Below, piece by piece: positions 50,661 to 60,174 of a DNA stretch of 64,000 nucleotides. The notes beneath the pieces were generated by a model. That model saw only the letters and a program-made list of their open reading frames with translations, was not told where the DNA came from and ran no database searches. The stretch comes from a bacterium. Lineage in GTDB: Bacteria > UBA8248 > JACPRG01 > G963555815. The DNA is taken from NCBI GenBank assembly GCA_965261595.1, contig CBDHDG010000005.1:608001-672000 (forward strand), given 5' to 3'. Position 1 is the first letter of the stretch. The number at the start of each line of letters is the position of its first letter. The translations under genes and the position numbers were made by a program.

Positions 50661-52952
50661 ATGACGAATTACCAGGTTGTGGGGACGGATGTTCCCCGGA
50701 TCGACGGCGAGCCCAAGGCGTCGGGGGCGGCGCGGTACGCGGCGGACCTCTCCGTTCCGAACATGCTCCACGGGGCCATCCTCCGCGGCCGCCATCCGCA
50801 CGCGCGGATCCTGAACGTCGACGTCGAAAAGGCCCGGCGCCTGTCCGGCGTCCGCGCTGTCGTGACCGCCCGGGACGTTCCCCCGGTCCGGTTCGGGATC
50901 ACCATCTACGACGCCTGCCTCTTCGAGCCCGAGAAGGTCCGCTACCTGGGGAACGAAATCGCCGCCGTCGCCGCCATCGACGCGGACACCGCCCAAGAGG
51001 CCCTCTCGCTCATCGAGGTCGAGTACGAAGAGCTCCCCGCCGTCTTCGACCCCGTCGAGGCCATGCGCCCGGACGCGCCGGTCATCCACGAGGAGGCGCA
51101 CACCTATGAGAGCACCTTCGACGTAGCGGGCCGGCGGGGCAACGTCGCCTGCCGGACGACGTTCGCCCATGGAGACCTGGAGCAAGGCCTGCGGGAGGCC
51201 GACGAGGTGATCGAGAACACCTTCCGGACCCAACAGAACCACCAGACCTACCTGGAGCCGCACGCCTCCCTCGCCGAGCCGGACGGGAACGGCGGGGTGA
51301 CGGTCTGGGTGAACGTTCAGGGGGTCTTTCTGGCTCAGGAGCGCATCTCGAGGGTCCTGGGGATTCCCCTCGCCAAGATTCGGGTCATCGGGACCGCGGT
51401 GGGCGGCGGATTCGGTGGAAAAAAGCCCCGGACAGACCCCTATGCGGCCCTGCTGGCCCTCAAGACCGGAAAACCCGTCCGGGTTCTGTTCACCCGGGAC
51501 GAAGAGTTCACCGCCGGTTTTCCCCGCCATCCCGCGACCATTCGCATCCGCGACGGTGTGAAGCGCGACGGCCGGATCACGGCGCGCGAGGCCGAGCTCA
51601 TCTATGACACGGGGGCGTACACCGATCACGGCCCGACGGTGGCGGCGCTCGGCGCGGCCTACGCCAAAGGTCCCTACCGGATTCCGAATGTCCGTTTGGA
51701 ATCCAGTACGGTGTACACCAATAAGCCCATCAGCGGCGCGTTTCGCGGTTACGGAAACCCCCAGAGCGCCTTCGCCGTGGAATCGCAGATGGACATGGTT
51801 GCGGGGGCGTTGGGCATCGACCCCCTGGATTTCCGCCGGATCAACGCCCTGGAAGACGGGGACATGCTGTCCAACGGCCAGCGGTTCCCGAGGGTTCTGC
51901 TGAAGGACACCCTGGAGGCCGCCCGCCGGCGGGTGGACTGGCAAGGCCCGGTCCCCGGCCGGACCGGCAAGCGCCGGGGTCGGGGCGTCGCCTGCGGCCA
52001 GCACCACGCGGGCGGTCTCACCTCCTCCGCCACGGTCAAGGTGATGGAGGACGGCTCCATCCAGGTCGCGTCGGGCGTGATCGAGATCGGGGCCGGCCAG
52101 ACGACCATGGCGGCGATCGTCGCGGCCGAGGAGATCTCGGTGGGCGTCGAGGACGTGCGGCTTGTCTCGGGCGATACGGACGCGACGCCGTTCGAGTTTT
52201 ACAGCGCGGCCAGCCGGATCACCTACAACGTCGGCAACGTCGTCCGGATGGCCTCGGCGGACGCGAAGCGGCAGCTCATCGAGCGGGCCTCGGACATCCT
52301 GGAGGTCCCGGTGGAGGACCTGATCGCCCAAAACCAGAGGGTGTTCATGCCCGGGTCGCCAGAAAGGGGTTTGACCTACGGACAGATCGTCAAGGACGGC
52401 CATCTCAAGAAGGGCGGCCCGATCCTGGGCCGCGGGGTCTTCGATCCCCACGGGCCGCCGACCGTGCCGGAGTTCATGGAAGGCAATCCGCGGAAGCCCA
52501 TGATGGTCATGACGTTCTGCACGCAGATTGCCGAGGTCGAGGTGGACGTCGAGACGGGCGAGGTGGAGATCCTCCGGCTCGTTTGTGTCCATGACGTCGG
52601 GCAGGTGATCAACCTGGGCGCGATTCAAGGGCAGATCGAGGGAGGCGTGACGCAGGGGGTGGGCTACGCCCTGATCGAGGAAGTGGTGTACGAGGGGGGG
52701 GTCGTGAGCAATCCCACGCTCGTCGATTACAAGATTCCCAACATCCTGGACACGCCGCCCATCGAATACGAGTTTATCGAGGAGCCCGATCCGACCGGCC
52801 CGTTCGGCGCCAAAGGGGTCGGCGAGGCGGTCCTGGTCCCGACGGCCGCGGCCATCGCCAACGCGGTGGAGGACGCCGTTGGCGCGCGCGTGACCGACCT
52901 GCCGATCACCCCCGAAAGGGTCCTCGCGGCGCTGAATTCCCGGGCCGATTGA
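50661..52952 (+). CDS. Xanthine dehydrogenase family molybdopterin-binding large subunit
   Basis: VGGGFGGK, FRGYGNPQ, GQIEGG, AKGVGE. Confidence 0.93.
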   Translation: MTNYQVVGTDVPRIDGEPKASGAARYAADLSVPNMLHGAILRGRHPHARILNVDVEKARRLSGVRAVVTARDVPPVRFGITIYDACLFEPEKVRYLGNEIAAVAAIDADTAQEALSLIEVEYEELPAVFDPVEAMRPDAPVIHEEAHTYESTFDVAGRRGNVACRTTFAHGDLEQGLREADEVIENTFRTQQNHQTYLEPHASLAEPDGNGGVTVWVNVQGVFLAQERISRVLGIPLAKIRVIGTAVGGGFGGKKPRTDPYAALLALKTGKPVRVLFTRDEEFTAGFPRHPATIRIRDGVKRDGRITAREAELIYDTGAYTDHGPTVAALGAAYAKGPYRIPNVRLESSTVYTNKPISGAFRGYGNPQSAFAVESQMDMVAGALGIDPLDFRRINALEDGDMLSNGQRFPRVLLKDTLEAARRRVDWQGPVPGRTGKRRGRGVACGQHHAGGLTSSATVKVMEDGSIQVASGVIEIGAGQTTMAAIVAAEEISVGVEDVRLVSGDTDATPFEFYSAASRITYNVGNVVRMASADAKRQLIERASDILEVPVEDLIAQNQRVFMPGSPERGLTYGQIVKDGHLKKGGPILGRGVFDPHGPPTVPEFMEGNPRKPMMVMTFCTQIAEVEVDVETGEVEILRLVCVHDVGQVINLGAIQGQIEGGVTQGVGYALIEEVVYEGGVVSNPTLVDYKIPNILDTPPIEYEFIEEPDPTGPFGAKGVGEAVLVPTAAAIANAVEDAVGARVTDLPITPERVLAALNSRAD

Positions 52953-52994
52953 GAGGGGGCGGGGAGGGGCGCCACATTCATCACCTGGAGAAGC

Positions 52995-53154
52995 GGAGGC
53001 ACTGGCAGGCAAGCTGCCAGTGGCACATTTCTTCATTTGCTTTTACAGAATCAGACCCCGGCCTCCGCTGAACGTGAGCGGAAGGTGGCCGCTTGTTTGC
53101 GGCGAACCGGCGTTATGAAAACAGGGCGCCACTGGCGGCTTGTCCGGTAGCGCC
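52995..53154. repeat. Inverted pair of family B REP-like palindromes
   Basis: CACTGGCAGGCAAGCTGCCAGTGGCAC and reverse copy GCGCCACTGGCGGCTTGTCC. Confidence 0.65.
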
Positions 53155-53268
53155 TTCATTCTCTTCGGGCAAATGGTTGACCCAAAGAGTTGACGGGGTT
53201 GCTTGCTCTCTTTGTGAGAAACGCGGGGTGACGATCACCCCTCGCGGCGGGTGTTCCCCCTGAAAAGC

Positions 53269-53315
53269 AAAAGGCCCCGCCGGTCCATGAGATGGGCCGA
53301 CGGGGCCTTCTTTTT
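53269..53315. terminator. Bidirectional intrinsic terminator between convergent genes
   Basis: AAAAGGCCCCG.CGGTCCAT-GAG-ATGGGCCG.CGGGGCCTT-CTTTTT. Confidence 0.75.
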
Positions 53316-53355
53316 CTCGATGAATCACCCGGTGTTTCCCGGGTGGGCGTTCAGA

Positions 53356-54395
53356 TTACATCGTGCCCTTTTTCGGGCGCGCGAACCGGATCGCTTTGGG
53401 CAGCGCGTCCACGAACTCATTGGTGAAAAGGTCTTCGGCCTTGATCTTGATGGGCATCTTCTGGGCGTCCAGGGTGACCTTGATGGTCGTCCTCATCTTT
53501 TTCGGATCGGTGTGGCCGAGTCCCTGTTTTTCGGAGAGTCCGTCGTACAAGTGTTCCACCCAGATGTGCAAGATGTCGGTGACGCTCTTGGTGGACTGCT
53601 CCGGGTAGCTCTTCGTGAAGGCCTTCACACCTTCTTCCGGATTGGCCAGGGTGTAGGCGATCCCCCGGTAGATGGCCTTGACCATCCCGCGCGTCGTATT
53701 GACCCCGGACCCCTTGAGGTTGTCCGTGTGGGTCAGGATGCCCGCGGAATAGAGGTCGAGCCCCCGATCGGCATAGAGTATCCATTTCAGCGTTTTGCCT
53801 GCCTGCTTGGCGACTTTGAGGAACCGGGGCTTCTGGGTGTGATAGCTGATGACGGCGTCCACCCTGCCGGCGCCCAGGCTGGCGGGTTGGGACCCGGGCG
53901 CCATGAAGATCCAATTGATCTTCGCCATATCGATCCCGTTGGGCGCGGCGAACACCGGGAACATCGCGTAGTCGGCGGACGCCTTGGGGCCGGGGGTGAC
54001 GCGCTTGCCTTCCAGGTCCTTGGGGGTGTTGATGCCGGCATCGCTGAAGTAGTAAATGATTTCCTGGAACTTGTGCTCCAGGATTCCGACCGTCTTGATG
54101 TTGAATCCTTTGTTCTTCCCAATCACCTGGGGACCCATGGCGGCCATCCCGTAGGGGCACTCCTTGGAGCCCACCCGCTTGGTCGTATCGCTCGATCCGT
54201 ATCCACGCCGGATGGTGATGTCGATTCCCTCGTCTTTGAAGAAACCTTGTCCCGGGCGATGATGTACGGCGTGTGCTTGCCGTAAAGCGCCCAGTCCGCG
54301 CAGTAAAGCACCTTTTCCGCCGACAGGGCTGGCATCGACCCGGCCAACAGGAACGCAACACCGGCGACCCAACCCATCTACACTTTTCTACGCAT
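53356..54395 (-). pseudogene. NMT1/THI5-like substrate-binding protein with TAG at 54378-54380 and frameshift at ~54245
   Basis: GAGGAGG RBS then MRRKV*MGWVAG...ADWALYGKH; continues GFFKDEGI...PKDLEG in another frame. Confidence 0.75.
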
Positions 54396-54695
54396 TCCGC
54401 TGCCCTCCTCTTTCAGTTTGGCCCATGGGCTTCCGGACCGATGGTCATCCCGCTTTCCCCGTCTTCCCGGGGAGGGGCCAAGGGCGCAAGCCCACCTCTG
54501 AAAATCGACTCCTTCACTTCCTGAATTTCAAACCAAGCGTGGTTTCAATGGGTTCATAAGGGAATTCGGCTGTCAATAAGCGGGCCTCCTCTCGACCGCC
54601 CGGTCGTCACCGGATTCGAATTCAGGACCTGATTATTGTAGACTTTCAAGTGATCAGGTTTCGGTTCCCGGTTTCACCCAGCGAGGGGATTCTCC

Positions 54696-56129
54696 ATGCC
54701 GAAGGACCTCCGCTCGTTCGTCAGACAGCTTCAGGAGGAGGCGCCCGAGGAGCTTCGGCGGGCGCGCCGGGAGGTCTCCCACGAGTGGGAGCCCATGGCC
54801 GTCCTGGGGAAGTTGGCGCTGGGAGGGGAACACCCGGCCGTCCTGTTCGAGCGGGTCAGGGGCTATGAGTTCCCCGTGATCGCCAACCTCCTCTCGACGC
54901 GGAAGAAGTTCGCCCTGGCGCTGAACACGACGGAGGAGCGGGCGGCGGAGGTCTACAGCGAGCGGGAGGTTCGGCGGGTCCCGCCCAAGCGGGTCGAGAC
55001 GGGCCCCGTCAAGGACGTCATCCACCTGGGAGAGGAGGCCGACCTCCGTCAGCTTCCCATCCTGCTCCATTACGAGCGGAACGACGGTCCCTATATCACC
55101 ATGGGCGTCCTCGTGGCCAAAGACCCGAGGACCGGCCTGCCCAACCTCGGGATTTACCGGAACAAGCTTCTCGGCCGCAACCGCCTGGGCGTGTATTACA
55201 GTTGGGGCAAGCGCCTCCACCTGATCCATCGCGACTGCGAGCGCCGGGACACGCCCCTGGAATGCGCCATCGTCCTCGGGATGCACCCCGCCCTCCACAT
55301 GGCCTCTCAGACGCACCTGATGAAGGACAGCAGCGGGGACGAATACGAGGTGGCGGGCGGGCTGCTGGGCGAGCCCCTGGAGATTGTCCCGTGCGAGACC
55401 GTGGACCTCGAAGTCCCGGCCCATGCCGAGATCGTCATCGAGGGGAGGATCCCGCCCCACAGCCGCCAGACCGAGGGGCCGTTCGGAGAATACCACCGGT
55501 ATTACGGCCAGGTCGTCGACGCCCCGGAGATTGAGGTGACCGCCATCACCCATCGCCGGGACGCCATCTATCAGAACCTCGGCGGGTTCGTGGAGCAGGT
55601 GACTGTCACCCGAATTCCCAACGAGGGGCAGCTCCTACGCGAGCTCCGCAAATTCGTCCCGACGGTCAGGTCCGTCCATATCCCCCTCTCGGGCGTCCTG
55701 TACCACGCTTATATCCAAATGGAGAAAGCGAACGAAGGGGACGCCAAGAACGTTCTCATGGCGGCGATCACGCGGGGGACGTGCATCAAGACGGCCATCG
55801 CGGTCGATCCGGACGTGGACATCTTCGATGAGGATGACATCCTCTGGGCGCTTTCCACGCGGGTGGTCCCCGACCGGGACATCTTCCAGGTCCCGGGGGC
55901 CCGCGGTAACCGGCTGGACCCGACCACCTACACCCTCACCCGGCTTGAGCGGGACGGCATGGTTACAAAGATGGGGATCGACGCCACGGTTCCCATCGGC
56001 TACGAGGACCCGCACCCCCCGAGGGCGAAGATCCCCGGCCTGGACGCGCTGTGTCTGGACGACTTCCTGGCGGCGGGGCCGGGTGGAGCGGGGAAGGAAA
56101 GGTCCGGCGCCACGGCGGCGGGCCGGTGA
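54696..56129 (+). CDS. UbiD-family decarboxylase
   Basis: NLGIYR, EIVIEG, EGPFGEYHRYY, AVDPDVD, LDP, MGIDAT. Confidence 0.92.
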   Translation: MPKDLRSFVRQLQEEAPEELRRARREVSHEWEPMAVLGKLALGGEHPAVLFERVRGYEFPVIANLLSTRKKFALALNTTEERAAEVYSEREVRRVPPKRVETGPVKDVIHLGEEADLRQLPILLHYERNDGPYITMGVLVAKDPRTGLPNLGIYRNKLLGRNRLGVYYSWGKRLHLIHRDCERRDTPLECAIVLGMHPALHMASQTHLMKDSSGDEYEVAGGLLGEPLEIVPCETVDLEVPAHAEIVIEGRIPPHSRQTEGPFGEYHRYYGQVVDAPEIEVTAITHRRDAIYQNLGGFVEQVTVTRIPNEGQLLRELRKFVPTVRSVHIPLSGVLYHAYIQMEKANEGDAKNVLMAAITRGTCIKTAIAVDPDVDIFDEDDILWALSTRVVPDRDIFQVPGARGNRLDPTTYTLTRLERDGMVTKMGIDATVPIGYEDPHPPRAKIPGLDALCLDDFLAAGPGGAGKERSGATAAGR

Positions 56130-56229
56130 CTTGAACAGGACGAAGTTGTCGGACGGTAGTTGATTTCGACGCCCCGGGTCGCCCGCGGGGCCGTTGACGC
56201 GAATCCTTTGAGCCCGGGAGGCAGGCTGA

Positions 56230-57639
56230 ATGCCCAAAGACAAGGTGGACCTTCTGTTCAAAAACGCTGTTGTCCTCACGATGAACAAGGAGCGGGAGCT
56301 TCTCTGGGACGGGGCGGTCGCCGTTCAAGGGGAGAAGATCGCCGCTGTGGGATCGATGGACGACCTGGCCGGAAAGTACGAGGGAAAGCGCGAGATCGAC
56401 GCCAAGCGCAAGCTCCTGATGCCCGGCCTCGTCAACACGCACAACCACATGTTCGGCGCCCTGTGCCGGGGTTTTGTCAATGACCTCTCCTTCACCCCCT
56501 GGGTCCAGAAGAAGTTCTATGTGTCCACCAAAGGGTTGGACCTGGAAAACTACCACCTGAGCACGCTCCTGCTCGGAATCGAGATGCTGAAATCGGGCAC
56601 GACCTGTTACGTGGACTGCGGGACGGTGCAGGGGCTTGAATCCGGCGCCGCCCGGGCGATCGGGGAGATCGGCATCAAGGCCGTCCTCGGCCGGTCGATG
56701 GCGGACATCACCGAGGCCCTCTCCAGCCACCTGCATGACCGCAAGGAGACCACGCGCGAGAACCTGCGCGACACCGAGGGATTCGTCCAGGAGTATCACG
56801 GAGCCGCCGATGGGCGGATCCGGGCCTGGTTCGCCCCGATCCAGGTGTCGTGCGTCTCGGACGAGCTATGCCGGGAATCCATCCGGTTGGCCGAAAAGTA
56901 CGACTCGGGGTTCGTCACGCACGCCGCCGTGGACAAGGCGGACGTCGAGCTCTGTCTGGAGCGGTTCGGCGATACACCCATCGAGCGTTTCCACCGGTTG
57001 GGGGTCCTGGGCGAACGCCTCATCGCCACCCACATGGGATGGCTGACGCAGAACGAGATCCGGCTGCTGGCCGAATCCCGGACGAACATCTCTCATTGTC
57101 CGAGCGCCAGCATGAAGCTCGCCTACGGTTGTCTGAGCCACGGGAGCTTCCCGGAGCTGGAAGCGGCCGGGGCGAACGTGACCATCGGCTCCGATGGACC
57201 GGCGGCGAGCAACTTCCAGGACCTGTTCCGGGTGATGCATCTGGCGTCCGTCGGACACAAGGAGGCCCGCCTGGACCCGCGCGTCGTCCCGCCGGAGAAG
57301 GCCCTCGAGTGGGCGACGCTGAACGGCGCGCGCGCGGTGGGATGGGAAGACCGGATCGGCTCGCTTGAACCAGGGAAACGGGCCGATGTGGCCGTCCTCA
57401 ACCTCCACAGGACCGAATTCGTCCCCCTCCACCCGGACACCCTGGTGCAGAATCTCGTCTACGCCGCGGCCGGACACTGCGTCGAGATGGTCCTCGTGGA
57501 CGGCAAGGTCGTTGTGGAGGAGGGCCGGGTCACGACGGTGGACGAGGACGATATCATCGACCGCATCAACCGGTTCGCGGACCGTTTCGCCGGGCTGTCA
57601 AGGGAATGGGACGAGAAGAAGGCGGCGGGGGAGCACTAA
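56230..57639 (+). CDS. Amidohydrolase, MTA/SAH-deaminase / Atz-Trz-like
   Basis: PGLVNTHNH, HCP.ASMKL, GSDG, GSLEPGKRAD. Confidence 0.9.
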   Translation: MPKDKVDLLFKNAVVLTMNKERELLWDGAVAVQGEKIAAVGSMDDLAGKYEGKREIDAKRKLLMPGLVNTHNHMFGALCRGFVNDLSFTPWVQKKFYVSTKGLDLENYHLSTLLLGIEMLKSGTTCYVDCGTVQGLESGAARAIGEIGIKAVLGRSMADITEALSSHLHDRKETTRENLRDTEGFVQEYHGAADGRIRAWFAPIQVSCVSDELCRESIRLAEKYDSGFVTHAAVDKADVELCLERFGDTPIERFHRLGVLGERLIATHMGWLTQNEIRLLAESRTNISHCPSASMKLAYGCLSHGSFPELEAAGANVTIGSDGPAASNFQDLFRVMHLASVGHKEARLDPRVVPPEKALEWATLNGARAVGWEDRIGSLEPGKRADVAVLNLHRTEFVPLHPDTLVQNLVYAAAGHCVEMVLVDGKVVVEEGRVTTVDEDDIIDRINRFADRFAGLSREWDEKKAAGEH

Positions 57640-57752
57640 CAGGCGCTCGCTTCGCGCGGAATGCGGGCCGCGAAACAGGCGGAGAAGCCTTCGTTGCGCA
57701 TTGGAGGCGGCCGGCCGGCCACCTCGTGGATCGATAAAAGCGGGAGTGTGTG

Positions 57753-60134
57753 ATGAGCTCGGAGTTTCGATTGAATACAAAATGGATTGGCGCCGATGTC
57801 CCCCGCAAGGAGGACCAGCGCCTTCTCACGGGCGGGGGGCGGTACGTCGATGACCTTCCCTGTCCGGAGGCGCTGCAGGGCGCCTTCCTGCGCTCCCCTT
57901 ACGCCCACGCCCGAATCGAGTCCATCGATGTCTCCGGCGCGCTGGAGCGGGGGGGAGGGGGGGCAGTTGCGGCCTTCACCGCCGAGGACATGGGCGAAGC
58001 GTGCCGGGAGTTTCCACAGCCCGTTCCGAATCCCGCGCTTCGCCCCCGGAACATCCTCCCCCTGGCCCGCGGTTTCACGCGGTACGTGGGCGAGCCCGTC
58101 GTCTTCGTCCTGGCCGGGGACCGCGCGGCGGCCGAGGACGCCCTGAACGGCGTCCGGGTTTCGTTCGAGGTCCTTCCGGCGACGGCCCATCCCGTGGACG
58201 CCCTGAAGGCGGGCGCGCCCTTGGTTCATGCCGACCTCGGGGACAACCGGGCCGCCCGGCTCGAAGTCCGGGTCGGCGATGCCGAGAAGGAGCTGGCCCG
58301 CGCGCCGAGGCGGGAGACGCTCCGGCTGACGTTGTGTCGGGCGGGCGGGGAGGCGATGGAGACGCGGGGCATGTTGGCCTACCATGACGCGGCTTTCGAC
58401 CGGTTGACCGTCTATTCCTCGACACAGGTCCCTCACCAGGTGCGCCGGAACATCTCCCGGGTCCTGGGCCGCCCCGAGCATTCGGTGGACGTCATCGCCC
58501 CGGACGTGGGCGGGGGGTTCGGGCCCAAGGCGTTTTCCTACCCCGAGGAGTTCGTTGTCCCTTGGGCGGCCATGCGGGTGGGCAGACCGGTCAAGTGGAT
58601 CGAGGACCGGATCGAGCACATCCAAACGACTTACCAGGAGCGCGAGCAGGTCCACGAGGTGGAGGTCGGGTACGACGAGGAGGGCCGCATCCTGGCGCTG
58701 CGGGACCGGGGCGTGTTCGACACCGGGGCCTATGTCCCCTGGGGGGCGGTGGTCCCCTATCTTTCGATGACCAACATCCCCGGACCCTACCGCATCCAAC
58801 ATTTCGACGCGGCGATGGAGGTGGTGTACACCCACCGGGTTCCGGTCACCCCGGTCCGCGGCGCCGGACGGCCGCAGTCGGCCTTCATCATGGAGCGGGT
58901 CATCGAGCGGATCGCCGACCGGCTGGGGCTGGACTCCGTGGCGGTTCGGCGAAAGAACTTCATTCAGCCCGAAGAGTTCCCCTACGAGATCGGCATCCTT
59001 GCGCGGGACGGCACGCCGTTGACCTACGACAACGGGGATTACCCCGTTTTGATGAACATGGCGCTAGAGGCCGCGGCCTATGAGGATTTCAGAAACGGCA
59101 AGCGGTGCCCGGGCGAGGCGGGGGACCCGGAAAAAGGCCGGTACATAGGCATGGGCGTCAGCTTCAACATCGAGGGAACCGGATTCGGTCCCTACGAGGG
59201 GGCCGTCGTCCGTGTGGACGACTCCGGGGAAGTCATTTTGTACACCGGGGCGACGCCCACCGGACAGGGCCACGAGACCATTCTCTCTCAGGTCCTGGCC
59301 GAGACCCTTGATCTGGACCCCGGGAGCATCAAGGTCGTGACCGGGGATACCCGCCACATCCCCTATGGATTCGGGACCTTCGCCAGCCGGATCGCTGTGA
59401 CGGCGTCCAATTCGGTGGCGGTGGCCGGGGAGGCCATGCGAAAGAAGGTCTTCGAGTTCGCCTCCGCGTCTCTGGAGTGCGCCGCCGAGGATCTCGAAAT
59501 CATCGACGGAAAGGTCGCCGTCCAGGGGAGTCCCGAGCGGTCCATGACGTTGGGGGAGGTGGCCCGCGCGGCCGCTGGGACGCCGGGGATGATGATGGGA
59601 GGAAAGTCGCCCGGGCTGGAGGTTCGCGAATACAATACGCCGAGCGCTCCGGCGACGTCGGCCGGCTGTCACGTGTGCGTCGTCGAGGTGGATGCGGAGA
59701 CGGGACATGTGCGGGTGCTGCGCTACGTCGTCGCCCACGACTGCGGGCGGATCCTGAATCCGACGATCCTGACCGGACAGGTCCGGGGGGCGATCGTCCA
59801 CGGGATCGGCGAGACCATCATCGAGGAGGTGGCCTTCGACGAGAACGCGGCGCCCCTGGCCTCCACTTTCCTCGACTACCTCCTGCCGCTCTCCACCGAC
59901 ATCCCGGACATCGAGGTCCACCACATGGAGACCCCATCGCCTTTCAACTACCTGGGTGTGAAAGGGGCCGGAGAGAGCGGGACCATCGCGGCGCCCGCGG
60001 CCGTTGTCGCGGCGATTGAGGACGCGCTGAAGCCGCTCGGGGTCGAGATCAACGAGACCCCGCTTACGCCCTACCGGATTTGGAAAATTCTGGAAACCGG
60101 GAAGAGCCCGGTCGACGATCGGCAGTGGGGTTGA
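57753..60134 (+). CDS. CoxL form II-like / xanthine dehydrogenase family Mo-binding large subunit
   Basis: RKED.RLLTG.G.YVDD, VGGGFGPK, VRGAGRPQ, GQGHET, KGAGESG. Confidence 0.92.
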   Translation: MSSEFRLNTKWIGADVPRKEDQRLLTGGGRYVDDLPCPEALQGAFLRSPYAHARIESIDVSGALERGGGGAVAAFTAEDMGEACREFPQPVPNPALRPRNILPLARGFTRYVGEPVVFVLAGDRAAAEDALNGVRVSFEVLPATAHPVDALKAGAPLVHADLGDNRAARLEVRVGDAEKELARAPRRETLRLTLCRAGGEAMETRGMLAYHDAAFDRLTVYSSTQVPHQVRRNISRVLGRPEHSVDVIAPDVGGGFGPKAFSYPEEFVVPWAAMRVGRPVKWIEDRIEHIQTTYQEREQVHEVEVGYDEEGRILALRDRGVFDTGAYVPWGAVVPYLSMTNIPGPYRIQHFDAAMEVVYTHRVPVTPVRGAGRPQSAFIMERVIERIADRLGLDSVAVRRKNFIQPEEFPYEIGILARDGTPLTYDNGDYPVLMNMALEAAAYEDFRNGKRCPGEAGDPEKGRYIGMGVSFNIEGTGFGPYEGAVVRVDDSGEVILYTGATPTGQGHETILSQVLAETLDLDPGSIKVVTGDTRHIPYGFGTFASRIAVTASNSVAVAGEAMRKKVFEFASASLECAAEDLEIIDGKVAVQGSPERSMTLGEVARAAAGTPGMMMGGKSPGLEVREYNTPSAPATSAGCHVCVVEVDAETGHVRVLRYVVAHDCGRILNPTILTGQVRGAIVHGIGETIIEEVAFDENAAPLASTFLDYLLPLSTDIPDIEVHHMETPSPFNYLGVKGAGESGTIAAPAAVVAAIEDALKPLGVEINETPLTPYRIWKILETGKSPVDDRQWG

Positions 60135-60174
60135 AGCCGGATCGATCGGCCGCCGCGCGGAGAACGGGTCTCTG

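Noticed and set aside
9710..54380. Genome-wide TAG reassignment or pyrrolysine
   Set aside because: TAG is the normal stop of kdsC, kdsA, trpS and others at expected lengths; the two internal TAGs are at non-catalytic positions
57753..60134. Bona fide aerobic CO dehydrogenase (form I CoxL)
   Set aside because: Lacks AYxCSFR (has VRGAGR) and has no adjacent coxM/coxS
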